Positions 50,564 through 59,686 of a DNA stretch of 64,000 nt are shown in pieces. How positions within the stretch are numbered: the first letter of the stretch is position 1; each line of letters begins with the position of its first letter. The notes beneath the pieces are model-generated. The model worked only from the letters and a program-made list of their open reading frames with translations. It was not told the DNA's origin and did no database searches. The translations under genes were made by a program, and so were the position numbers. Origin of the DNA: a virus (Duplodnaviria > Caudoviricetes); the IMG/VR virus record IMGVR_UViG_3300029288_000131, positions 1-64,000 of that record; one strand, 5' to 3'.

Positions 50564-51927
50564 ACCGCCTAGAACTAGCTAAGCAGGTGGTCAACTCAGC
50601 GACGCTAGCTGTTCGTCTCAAGCAGCGTCAGATGGCTCCCACTCTGCGACGTGCCACTCAACGCCTCTTGCACTTGAAGGAGTTCAAGCGAACCGAGGAG
50701 GAGTTGGCGGAAGTCATTGCTCCTGTGATTCGGGAGGAGGTGAAGTCGATAGTCAGCGGGTTGTTTGAGATGGACGGGAAGTCCATCACCTCCACCAAGT
50801 CCTACGAAGACAACGCTCACACCCTCGTCTCCCAGGTGTTCAACGCCCGTGAATGGCACGACCGTCTGATAGATAAGATGCTGCCCGTGATGGCCGTGAA
50901 GATGTTGGAAGCTGCCACGGCCGAGATGCTGAGCATGGGTGTCGATCCTCGCAGAAGCAAAGGACGACTGAAGCTGGACGAGAAGTGGAACCCTGCCCAA
51001 CCTCGTGACGAGTTCGGCAGGTGGGCAGGTGGTAGTGGGGGTTTGATGGGACCAGACATAGGAGGTGGTAGTGGTGGACGTAGTGGCAGTGGCATGGTGA
51101 GAGCCAGATACAGGGGAAAGAAGAGGGGATGGACTTTGAAGAACGGCGATCCCCTGCCAGACCACGCTCCGAAGTATATCTCACCAGGATGGCGTGATGT
51201 TCAGGTGGCTTTAGACCCAAATGCAGATACATTAGTGGTGGCTAAGGACTCAAAGGGAAGAGGACAGAGAATATACTCTCAGAATCACAAGATGCGAGCA
51301 GCCGCCGAGAAGTTTGCAAGAACCAATGAGCTTCGTCAAAAGATAATGAAGATAGAGCAGGAAATTGAGAAGGATACAAAGAGCAAAGACCCTGCCATTC
51401 GAGAAGCTTCTGCTTGCCTACGACTCATCAACGAGACGGGCATCCGTCCTGGCAGTAGTAGAGACACACGAGCTGAGAAGCAGGCGTATGGTGCTACTAC
51501 GTTAGAAGGACGGCATGTAAAGGTGTTGAAGGATGGGGTGCATTTAAGGTTCGTTGGAAAGAAGGGTGTCGATTTGGACATCCCTGTAACGAACGGGAAG
51601 ATCGCATCCGACCTGATACGCCGTGCTAAGAGTGCTGGTAGGAGAGGCAAGTTGTTTGATACCACTCAGAACAGGGTTCTTGCTTACTCGAAGTCGAAGG
51701 ACGGGGGTGGTTTCAAGACAAAGGACTTTCGCACGGCCAGGGGAACGACCGTAGCAATCAAGACAATGAGGGGAATGCGTAAACCGAAGACAGAACAAGA
51801 ATACAAGGAAGCTGTCAAGCAGGTGGCGACGGCAGTGTCGAAGAAATTGGGAAACACGCCGACAGTGGCATTACAAAGCTACATTGATCCGACCGTGTTT
51901 GGCAAGTGGAGAGTGGAGGGAGAATGA
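50560..51927 (+). CDS. MuF-like minor head protein N-terminal half fused to type IB topoisomerase
   Basis: Helical N-term (FNAREW...LP), KWNPAQPRDEFGRW, Gly linker, then GIRPG (R), FVGKKG (K), KDFRT (R), LGNT (N), SYIDP (Tyr). Confidence 0.88.
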   Translation: MNRLELAKQVVNSATLAVRLKQRQMAPTLRRATQRLLHLKEFKRTEEELAEVIAPVIREEVKSIVSGLFEMDGKSITSTKSYEDNAHTLVSQVFNAREWHDRLIDKMLPVMAVKMLEAATAEMLSMGVDPRRSKGRLKLDEKWNPAQPRDEFGRWAGGSGGLMGPDIGGGSGGRSGSGMVRARYRGKKRGWTLKNGDPLPDHAPKYISPGWRDVQVALDPNADTLVVAKDSKGRGQRIYSQNHKMRAAAEKFARTNELRQKIMKIEQEIEKDTKSKDPAIREASACLRLINETGIRPGSSRDTRAEKQAYGATTLEGRHVKVLKDGVHLRFVGKKGVDLDIPVTNGKIASDLIRRAKSAGRRGKLFDTTQNRVLAYSKSKDGGGFKTKDFRTARGTTVAIKTMRGMRKPKTEQEYKEAVKQVATAVSKKLGNTPTVALQSYIDPTVFGKWRVEGE

Positions 51928-52112
51928 TGCCTGAAATCTACGACGACGACCAAGACGTCTATTTCGGAGAGGTAGACAATCCTTTGCCGGATTGGAGAAA
52001 GAGCAAGTCCCTGATCGACGAGGAAGATCCCGACGACGAGTTGCTGGACGAGACACCCGAAGACGTAGTGGCGCTGCTAGGGTTCGATCCACTTGAGGAA
52101 TGGAACGACTGA
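51924..52112 (+). CDS. 62-aa acidic protein coupled to the TopIB fusion
   Basis: ATGA and TGATG overlaps; PDWR..DEEDPDDELLDETPEDVVALLGFDP. Confidence 0.7.
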   Translation: MMPEIYDDDQDVYFGEVDNPLPDWRKSKSLIDEEDPDDELLDETPEDVVALLGFDPLEEWND

Positions 52113-52810
52113 TGCCTTCGACAGCAACGCAGTGGTTGACCGAAAATCCTGGAGATCTAGCAGCACTGGACGAGTTGCTTCAGACTGCTGGAGTGCCTAT
52201 TCAACTGCTGATGGAGTACCCGCAGTGGATGAAAGAAGCTATTGCTGAGCAACTGGTCGATACGTTTTCTCAAGACTACTGGTACAACATAAGCGAGACG
52301 ACGGGAGGGGATGCCGAGCGCATACTCCGTGAGGGATTGGAAGAAGGGTGGTCGATACGAAGAATGGCCACGGAGCTGCAGCAATCGTTGGGTGGAGATG
52401 CTTATGCCAGAACGAGGGCTAGAAACATAGCTAGAACTGAATCGGGACATGCATTGAACGGTGCCCGTCGTGCCGGGATGGATTCGTTGGTCGATGAGAT
52501 AGGACAGCAAGTCCCCATGAAACCGACTTGGATGAGTGTCTTGGGAACGACGACAAGGGATAGCCACGCGAACTTGGATGGGGTTCCTGCCGACTCAGAC
52601 GGGATGTGGGAGTTGGCAGGTGTTCGGGTGCCGTGGCCCGGTCACATGGATTTACCTCCGTCTGAGCGTTGCAATTGTCAGTGCTCAATCACGATGGAAT
52701 TCGGGATGAAGGAGAACGAAGCTCAATCTCTGATTGATGAGTATTGGCAACGGGTTCAGTCGATGGAAGCAAGTTTCAAGGGAGACGAGAAAGAAGGACA
52801 ATTACAATGA
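52112..52810 (+). CDS. MuF (gp7-like) C-terminal domain protein
   Basis: RARNIARTE, TW.S...TRDSHANLDG, PG...LPPSERCNCQC. Confidence 0.88.
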   Translation: MPSTATQWLTENPGDLAALDELLQTAGVPIQLLMEYPQWMKEAIAEQLVDTFSQDYWYNISETTGGDAERILREGLEEGWSIRRMATELQQSLGGDAYARTRARNIARTESGHALNGARRAGMDSLVDEIGQQVPMKPTWMSVLGTTTRDSHANLDGVPADSDGMWELAGVRVPWPGHMDLPPSERCNCQCSITMEFGMKENEAQSLIDEYWQRVQSMEASFKGDEKEGQLQ

Positions 52811-53130
52811 GTAACAACGGCAAACTTCAGAACCCCGACGCTTTGCATCCAAGCACACCGGATACGGTTGCTTTGGTAGACGCAGTTGGTGCCCGATATG
52901 AACAGCTTCGACGGGAGTGGAAGCGCATACGGGGCGTTGATTTGAAGATACCCAAGACGCTCCACATCGAGTTGGGTATTGTAAAGAAGGTCTGGTCGAG
53001 ACACCGTTCCGGTGACATGAGGAACAGCTTGAGCGAGCTTCGGGCGACCAAGGTGCTTGCTCAGTGGACGGTTGATGTCAATAAGGTCTTGCGAAACCAA
53101 GAGCCTGAGATCATCGAGTGGAAGGACTAA
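52807..53130 (+). CDS. hypothetical protein
   Basis: AAGGA RBS, ATGA overlap. Confidence 0.6.
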   Translation: MSNNGKLQNPDALHPSTPDTVALVDAVGARYEQLRREWKRIRGVDLKIPKTLHIELGIVKKVWSRHRSGDMRNSLSELRATKVLAQWTVDVNKVLRNQEPEIIEWKD

Positions 53131-53133
53131 GCT

Positions 53134-53367
53134 ATGCCCGTGCTTCCAAGAATAGCAGAGGTGCAATGTTCCCGCATCCAGTTCCAACCGGGGGACAGGG
53201 TATTGGTCAAGATCTTTCACAACATCAGCGTTGAGCAGACAAAACACTTGCGTCAGTCGATTGTCAAGTGGGCCGGCACTGATGTTGAGGTTCTGATCTA
53301 CAACGCAACCGAAATGGAAATCAAGGTGGAGCATGGAGAAACCAAGAGCAAGCTCGTCCAACCATAG
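53134..53367 (+). CDS. hypothetical protein
   Basis: AAGGA RBS. Confidence 0.6.
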   Translation: MPVLPRIAEVQCSRIQFQPGDRVLVKIFHNISVEQTKHLRQSIVKWAGTDVEVLIYNATEMEIKVEHGETKSKLVQP

Positions 53368-53608
53368 CAATGACTACCAGCAGGCATTTGCTGGAGACGA
53401 CGAGAGCTTGGCCCTGTTCCTCCAAAGCATAGCCAGGTTTGACCGTCAGTTCTGCGATGCTATGGCGTCTGGTGCCGACTTCACCATTCGTATAGAGGTA
53501 CATGGGAACAAAGGCAGGATGATTCACAGTCGGGTGCAATCGGACTGCTTTGAGCGGCCGAAGGAGGCTCCACGGGACATGACCAAGAGACGAAAGAATT
53601 ACGAATGA
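53333..53608 (+). CDS. hypothetical protein
   Basis: GGAG RBS, ATGA overlap with next gene. Confidence 0.6.
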   Translation: MEKPRASSSNHSNDYQQAFAGDDESLALFLQSIARFDRQFCDAMASGADFTIRIEVHGNKGRMIHSRVQSDCFERPKEAPRDMTKRRKNYE

Positions 53609-54435
53609 GTTTCTACTTGCCCCACCAGAATGCCGTTCATGTCCACATCGCTCATACGGGAGGGACGTGGGTAGGAACAGCTCTAAAAGTGATGGGCATC
53701 TTGAAACAGACCCGACATACGAAAACGTTCGGAGTATATGCACCACCGTGGATGGGACGGCCAAAGCACATCCCGATGAGATACATCTATTCCGAAGCTC
53801 TCGACGGGTACAACTTCTTCTTCTCGTTCGTTCGACATCCTTTGAGTTACTACGAGTCGATTTGGAACTATTACAGGCAGCATAGTAAAGAGGTGACTGC
53901 TGCTTGGATAAGCAACGGCCTGTGGGAGTCGGATCGATTTGTGACGAGGCACTTTCGTTCGACGTTCAACGAGTGGATAGAGGTGGTGCTTGAGAAGGAG
54001 CCTGGATTTGTCACCCGAGTATACGAGCAATTCCTTGGGATGGAGGGAGCCGAGACGTGTCAGTACATCGGCAGGATGGAAACGCTTCGGGAGGACTTTG
54101 CTCAGGTGATGTCTTTGTTGGGATTGGGCTGGAAGGTGGAGCAGTGCAAAGATGAGATAGAAAGATTGGGCATCGTAAGGCACAAGAAATCAGGGACAGG
54201 ACCACCGATTAAATGGGCTACCGATCTTCGGTTGGGGATGGAGAAAAGTGAGAGGCTTGCCATCGAGAGGTTCTACGGCCCCAAGACCTTGCACAAGCGT
54301 GCTTATGGGGTGTTAGGACGGGACGACATGGAGCCGTGGCAGCTTGAAAGGATGTTCCCGAATGGGGTTCCCGAGTGGGCGAGAAATCCGTTTGGAGCTA
54401 ATAGGGATTTTCGTTATAATGGGGTCGACGAGTAG
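53605..54435 (+). CDS. sulfotransferase family 2-like protein
   Basis: VHIAHTGGTWV (cf. HIPKTGG), FSFVRHPL, YIGRMETLREDF. Confidence 0.75.
   Translation: MSFYLPHQNAVHVHIAHTGGTWVGTALKVMGILKQTRHTKTFGVYAPPWMGRPKHIPMRYIYSEALDGYNFFFSFVRHPLSYYESIWNYYRQHSKEVTAAWISNGLWESDRFVTRHFRSTFNEWIEVVLEKEPGFVTRVYEQFLGMEGAETCQYIGRMETLREDFAQVMSLLGLGWKVEQCKDEIERLGIVRHKKSGTGPPIKWATDLRLGMEKSERLAIERFYGPKTLHKRAYGVLGRDDMEPWQLERMFPNGVPEWARNPFGANRDFRYNGVDE
54385..54424 (+). promoter_or_regulatory. sigma70-like phage promoter P3 (head-tail operon)
   Basis: AATCCGTTTGGAGCTA; TTGGAG 54392-54397, 17 nt, TATAAT 54415-54420. Confidence 0.75.
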
Positions 54436-54464
54436 AAACGTCTAGGCGCTAGAAAGAGAAGGAT

Positions 54465-54529
54465 AGCCGCGACGTGAGAAGCCCTCCCGGTTTCGGGTTG
54501 GTCGTTTTTCACACCGCGGCTTTTCTTTT
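54465..54529 (+). terminator. structured leader ending in terminator-like hairpin
   Basis: AGCCGCG/CGCGGCT and GTGAGAA/TTTTCAC stems, inner CCCG-GTTT-CGGG, then TTTTCTTTT. Confidence 0.6.
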
Positions 54530-54541
54530 GGAGAAAGCAAG

Positions 54542-55237
54542 ATGGCAAAGAATGTTACCTTCTATTTGGGACCGGCAAGTGGACTCCTTGCCACCCGTGT
54601 CTTGACGATCACTCGGATGAGGAGAGCAGGAGATGATTCAGCAATCACTCCTGCTTACAATGCCGATGCCGGTGCTGCTACAACCGTTGTGACGGTTCAG
54701 CTTGCCGACAATCAGATTTGGCAAGCACAGTTGGTTGATACGAATGCCACCGGAGAGGCAAGTGCCCCGGACGTTCTCAATTTCCATACGGGCAGCTTGC
54801 AGTTTCCGGGACCGAGGAGCCATGATAGGTTGCAGATCTTGTCGATGGAGGATCTGTCGTCCAGCTCATCCAGCTCGTCCAGCAGCATGTCGAGTTCGTC
54901 CTGGTCGAGCCAAAGCAGCGGATCGTCCGCCTCTTCCAGTTCTTCGAGTTCCAGCTTGGAGTACAGCTCGTCCAGTTCGTCCAGTTGCACAAGTGAGTCC
55001 AGTTCGTCCTGGTCGAGTCAGTCCAGTTCGTCCTGGTCGAGCCCGTCGAGTGCCAGTAGCCAGAGCACAAGCAGCAGCAGTTCCATTAGCACGTCCAGTT
55101 CAAGTCAGTCGAGTCATAGCTCGTCTAGCTGGTCAAGCAAAAGCAGCTCGTCTAGCTCCAGCAGCTCCAACAGCTCGTCTAGCTCCAGCAGCCAAAGCAC
55201 GAGCCTTTCCAGTTCGTCCTGGTCTAGCCAGCCTTGA
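54542..55237 (+). CDS. poly-Ser protein 2: ~105-aa beta domain + Ser tail
   Basis: First gene after P3; MEDL followed by ~125 aa Ser tract to the C-terminus. Confidence 0.75.
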   Translation: MAKNVTFYLGPASGLLATRVLTITRMRRAGDDSAITPAYNADAGAATTVVTVQLADNQIWQAQLVDTNATGEASAPDVLNFHTGSLQFPGPRSHDRLQILSMEDLSSSSSSSSSSMSSSSWSSQSSGSSASSSSSSSSLEYSSSSSSSCTSESSSSWSSQSSSSWSSPSSASSQSTSSSSSISTSSSSQSSHSSSSWSSKSSSSSSSSSNSSSSSSSQSTSLSSSSWSSQP

Positions 55238-55671
55238 AAATGAACAGCATCGTCCGAGCTTGGAACCGATACCAAGAAAGGCCGAAGTACGATGGCCCGG
55301 ACAGTGTTTTGATCGAAGAAGAAATCCTGACCATTCCGGAGGAGGATACGTCGATGGCAGTGTCAATGAACCGTTTCGCAGTTGTGTCTTTGGCACTCTA
55401 TGGCTCGCAGGATAGGGTTGAAGCGTTGTGCATACAATGCTATCAAGCCTTGAAGAAGCTGAAGCTTTTGCGAGCAGCCCGCAAGACGGAACCGTTCGAC
55501 GTTCCTCCTGCCGGTCAGGGTTCTTATCCTCACTTGCTGGATGTGATTCGTTGGCTAGAGAGTTTGGACAGTGCTAGCAAGGAAGAGATCGAGTTTGCCA
55601 AGCGTCTTTACGTGACGGCCCGACGACGGTCACGTCCTGATCTGGTGCTTGAGCATCAAGGGGAGGAATGA
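55234..55671 (+). CDS. hypothetical protein
   Basis: Tight overlaps in head operon. Confidence 0.6.
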   Translation: MKMNSIVRAWNRYQERPKYDGPDSVLIEEEILTIPEEDTSMAVSMNRFAVVSLALYGSQDRVEALCIQCYQALKKLKLLRAARKTEPFDVPPAGQGSYPHLLDVIRWLESLDSASKEEIEFAKRLYVTARRRSRPDLVLEHQGEE

Positions 55672-55961
55672 TGTTCGTTGGATACGAGCAAATAGCTGCT
55701 GGTCCTGCCGTTCAGACAGCGGACGATTTGACGATTCCAGGCAACGCCACCGGCGTTCTCATCCAAGTGGATACGAACAACATTCGTTACACGATGGACG
55801 GTGCCACCGATCCGACAGCGGCTGGAATTGGTATGTTGTTTGTTGTGAACGAAGCTCCTCAGTTCTTTACGATTGACGACCTGTTGCGGATTCGATTCAT
55901 CCAAGTTGCCGCTGGCGTAGGCAACATGAATCTGCATTATACAGCAGGAAGAAACATATGA
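55668..55961 (+). CDS. small beta-rich structural protein
   Basis: IQVDTNNIRYTMDGATDPT...G, LRIRFI; GGAGG RBS. Confidence 0.65.
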   Translation: MMFVGYEQIAAGPAVQTADDLTIPGNATGVLIQVDTNNIRYTMDGATDPTAAGIGMLFVVNEAPQFFTIDDLLRIRFIQVAAGVGNMNLHYTAGRNI

Positions 55962-57916
55962 ACCAGCGTCAACTGCTCGAAGCAATACGAGCCCGGACCC
56001 AGAAGAAGTCACAGTTTGGTCACGGCATCCTGACTGCCGACCTCTATCTCAAAGGCATGTTGGAGGGGCTGGGATCGGACCTCTGTTATCAATTCGCCAG
56101 CCGGGGGCTGACCAGTTTCGACGACCTGATGAGAAAGGCTGCTCGGACGCTGGTCTACAGCAACCCCGAAATGAAGGTCGAAGAGAAGCTGACGGATGCT
56201 TACAGCAGCTTGCCTCGCGGGACGAAGCTGCCCAAGAACACGCTAATGGTGTTCAAGCATACGTTGACCAGCAGTGCCAAGGATCGAGACGGTGACACGC
56301 TTCACAGCGATGGGGCATCGGTCGATCCCAACATGCTGATGATTTGGCAGCACGTCCACACGATGCCCATCGGCAAGTTCATCGCCATTGCCGAGCAGAA
56401 CACCAAGCACCTGAAGACGTACAGTGCCATCGTCGACATCAACGACTTGAGCCACGACTCGGCTGTGATGGTCGACAACGGAATGGGACGCTTCAGCCAC
56501 GGGTTCCGAGCATTGGAGTTCGTTGAGACGAAGGGTGGACGGGAAGGTGGAGTGGGATTCGACATTCACAAGTTCGAGATCATGGAAGAGTCACTAGTTT
56601 CCGTTCCTGCCAACCCCGACGCTCAGACGGATGAAGTGATTGTTTCGTTGGTCGAACGTGGCAAGTTGACCAGTCCTCTGATGAAAGAATTCAGCAAGTC
56701 CATAAGGGAGCGGATGCCGTTGTCTGTTCCTGTCAAGCTGGATCTCAAAGTGACCGTCAATGGTCAGGAGGTGAAGGATGAGAACAAGTCAAGAAACGGA
56801 GAAGGAGCGGGAGAAAAGGGAAAAGGAACGACCAGCACACCAGCGAAAGCAAATGGAGATAACGAGGACGAAGAGGAAGGTGCCGACAAGAAAGTAGAAT
56901 GCCCCGAGTGCGGTGAGATGGTCAAGCCGGATGAAGATGGAGAATGTCCAGAGTGTGGAGCTAGCATGAAGGAAGAGAAGAAGGGAAAGAAGAACATTAG
57001 CCCGTCTTCGATCCATGCAGGCATGCTTAGTGATTCTTGGGAGTCCATCGAATCCCAACTTCGAGATTCGGTCAAGCATTATCTGATTTCAATGGGGCAC
57101 GTGATTGGAGATACTGATTGGGTTTGGTTGATGGGAACGTACAATGACTTTGCAATTGTTTGTTGTGAAAAAGGAGGCAATCGCGAATTTTATAAGATAG
57201 CGTGGCAATTGAAGGACGGCAAGCCTCAATTTGTAGGAGAGCCAAATCTCGTCGAGGTAAAGATCTCGACGGAGTTGATAGAAAGAGCCAAGCGGTTTCG
57301 TCCTGAGCATGGCAAGCCCTATCCGAACGAGCACGCTGCTCGGATGAACGACCCCGACAAGTATGGAAAGATTCGACGACAGAACGATAAGTTTGGGGAA
57401 GGTATCCACGCCATCTTTGGGGTGCTAGAGGATGGCAAGACAGAGGTGCAGGCCATTCGGTTCGATTCGTCCAAGTTCTCAGAAGAAGAGGCACGTGAAT
57501 GGCTCGAAGAGCATAAGTACAAGCCAGCCAAGTTTGAGCCAGCTAAGGAGGAGAAGAAGAGCGTCAAGCAGGGACGGGTTATCAGTCACTCGAACGAAGC
57601 CAAGATCAAAGACGCCAAGGAAGATGTGGACGAAGCTAGCAAGATGGACATTGCTCGTCCTGCCAAGGCGTTGCTCAAGTCAGCATCTCGTAGCCTCACC
57701 GAGGTGATCGACACGATTGGCAACGAGGGACCAGTCGGAGAAAAGGCAATGACTGTGGAGGATGCGATGGCCAAGGTGCTTGCGGAGGCCAATACCAAGC
57801 AACGCAAGAACATGGCCGACGCCCTGCGGGCAATTGATATGGTGGAGAAGGAAACAATTCGATGCCAAGCCAAGCGTCGATTGATTTTGCGAATGAACAC
57901 ATCACGGCGGTCGTGA
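55958..57916 (+). CDS. prohead protease (HK97-type) fused to Zn ribbon and further domains
   Basis: DRDGD, WQH...PIGK, FSHGF, EESLVSVPAN; CPECG..CPECG; PYPNEHAAR...FEPA domain. Confidence 0.85.
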   Translation: MNQRQLLEAIRARTQKKSQFGHGILTADLYLKGMLEGLGSDLCYQFASRGLTSFDDLMRKAARTLVYSNPEMKVEEKLTDAYSSLPRGTKLPKNTLMVFKHTLTSSAKDRDGDTLHSDGASVDPNMLMIWQHVHTMPIGKFIAIAEQNTKHLKTYSAIVDINDLSHDSAVMVDNGMGRFSHGFRALEFVETKGGREGGVGFDIHKFEIMEESLVSVPANPDAQTDEVIVSLVERGKLTSPLMKEFSKSIRERMPLSVPVKLDLKVTVNGQEVKDENKSRNGEGAGEKGKGTTSTPAKANGDNEDEEEGADKKVECPECGEMVKPDEDGECPECGASMKEEKKGKKNISPSSIHAGMLSDSWESIESQLRDSVKHYLISMGHVIGDTDWVWLMGTYNDFAIVCCEKGGNREFYKIAWQLKDGKPQFVGEPNLVEVKISTELIERAKRFRPEHGKPYPNEHAARMNDPDKYGKIRRQNDKFGEGIHAIFGVLEDGKTEVQAIRFDSSKFSEEEAREWLEEHKYKPAKFEPAKEEKKSVKQGRVISHSNEAKIKDAKEDVDEASKMDIARPAKALLKSASRSLTEVIDTIGNEGPVGEKAMTVEDAMAKVLAEANTKQRKNMADALRAIDMVEKETIRCQAKRRLILRMNTSRRS

Positions 57917-57956
57917 TGGTTTACCTCGTTTCCGTCTAACAGAAAGGGTAAAACCA

Positions 57957-59576
57957 ATGAAGATGACGGAAGCCTTTAAGAAGTGGCTTGTCGAGAACTG
58001 CGGCGTCAAGTCCGACGCGGCAGAAGACGAGCTGCGAGCGGCCGCCGGTAAGGCGTTTGCTGACGGCAAACTGACGGCCGAGAAGTACATGGAGCTGACC
58101 AAGGATGAAGACGACGATCTGACCAAGGAGTTCAAGCGGATGAACGACAACTTGGAGAAGGCCGTTGCAGCTCTGTCCACTCCTCCCGAAAAGAAGGAGG
58201 AGAAGAAAGAGGAGAAGAAGGAAGAGCCCACCGGCGAGAAGAAGATTGGGGACCTTCCCGACAGGAAGCAGCCGGCCCCGCCGACCGTGCTGGAAAAGAT
58301 GGTCGCTCGGCTCGGTGGCACTCCTATCGAACCAGAGGGTAAGACCATCGACGTCCGGGTCAAGGAAGCGGCCGAGATGTATACCGACACCAAGTCCGTT
58401 GCGGTCTTTCCGGCCAAGACGGCGAAGGGTCGGGCACATCCACGTGCTGGTCAGCCCATCATGGATTACGATGAGGGTGGCCGTGTGATCAACACGCCGA
58501 GTCAACGGGACAAGGCTGTGATCGGTGCCTTCTCCAAGTTCCTTTGTGCCAAGGCTCAGCGTGGTGGAAGTCGAACATTCGGTTTCCAGGCGATGAACCA
58601 GCACGACAAGGAACTGCTACTCTATGCAATGGAGAACATGGAGTGGGTCGGAGCGTCCGACGGCGGCAATTACGCCGACATCAACGGCCGTAAGTTGACC
58701 ACGATGGAAAAGCAAGCTCTGATCGACGACGCCGTGTCGGGCGGTTTGGAAGCGGCTCCCATCGTGTTTGACGACGACGTGATTCAGGCACCGCTGCTCA
58801 ACGGAGAGCTGTACCCGCACGTCAAGGTCGTTCCCCTGGATCGTGGACGTCGGGTTGAGGGTGTTGCCACTGGCACCGTCACCGCCGCGTGGGGCGGTGT
58901 TGACGACACGGCAGTTGCCCTGTTCAACACAGCAGCCTACGTCACGGCATTCGATACGACCATCTTTCGTTGGGAAGGCTCCATTCGTATCGGGTTGGAC
59001 TTCCTGTCCGACACGCCCATCGACTTCGGTGCTCACGTCACCGCCCAGTATGGCGAACGCCTGCTGGAAGACCTGGACGACGTGATTGCCACGGGCAACG
59101 GCACGACGCAGCCGACGGGCATCATGAATGCTGCGGGCACGACAGCCGTTGCTTTTGGTGGTGCCACCAGCCTTGGAGCTTACGAGCAGCTTCGCTTCGG
59201 CGTTGCAAAGCAGGAGCACAAGGGTGGGGTCGGTGCCAGTGCCGTGTTCTGTGGAACCGAGACCTCGTACATGAGGGCTCGGGCGTTGAACGTCGGTGCC
59301 ACCGATGCTCGTCGCATCATGGGGTACGACTACTCCAGCTACAACTGGATGGAACGTCCCTACAAGATCAACAACAGCCTGACCAACCGCCAGATCTTCT
59401 ACGCGATCATGGCTCGCTATCGCATGTATCGTCGGCGTGGGTTGACCATGCGAACGAGCACCGAGGGCGACACCCTGATCCGCCGGAACGAGATGCTGAT
59501 GGTTGCGATGGCCCGTTATGGTGGCCAGCTCGAGCGCGGAGCTTGTGCTGCCGTCACCACGACCGCCCCTGCGTAA
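57957..59576 (+). CDS. major capsid protein (HK97 fold)
   Basis: Coiled-coil N-terminus, GGLEAAP..F, GNGTTQPTGI, RYGG; strong codon bias; after protease. Confidence 0.88.
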   Translation: MKMTEAFKKWLVENCGVKSDAAEDELRAAAGKAFADGKLTAEKYMELTKDEDDDLTKEFKRMNDNLEKAVAALSTPPEKKEEKKEEKKEEPTGEKKIGDLPDRKQPAPPTVLEKMVARLGGTPIEPEGKTIDVRVKEAAEMYTDTKSVAVFPAKTAKGRAHPRAGQPIMDYDEGGRVINTPSQRDKAVIGAFSKFLCAKAQRGGSRTFGFQAMNQHDKELLLYAMENMEWVGASDGGNYADINGRKLTTMEKQALIDDAVSGGLEAAPIVFDDDVIQAPLLNGELYPHVKVVPLDRGRRVEGVATGTVTAAWGGVDDTAVALFNTAAYVTAFDTTIFRWEGSIRIGLDFLSDTPIDFGAHVTAQYGERLLEDLDDVIATGNGTTQPTGIMNAAGTTAVAFGGATSLGAYEQLRFGVAKQEHKGGVGASAVFCGTETSYMRARALNVGATDARRIMGYDYSSYNWMERPYKINNSLTNRQIFYAIMARYRMYRRRGLTMRTSTEGDTLIRRNEMLMVAMARYGGQLERGACAAVTTTAPA

Positions 59577-59583
59577 CAGCCCT

Positions 59584-59654
59584 GCGACCGTGTCGGTCGC
59601 TACACCCGTGGCTGGGGGCTTACGTCCTTCGGCCCTCAGCCACGGCATTTCTTT
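59584..59654 (+). terminator. double hairpin after capsid gene
   Basis: GCGACCG/CGGTCGC; CCGTGGCTGGGGG/CCCTCAGCCACGG; then CATTTCTTT. Confidence 0.65.
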
Positions 59655-59686
59655 AGAAGGACATCTAGAAAGAAGGACAAACAGAC

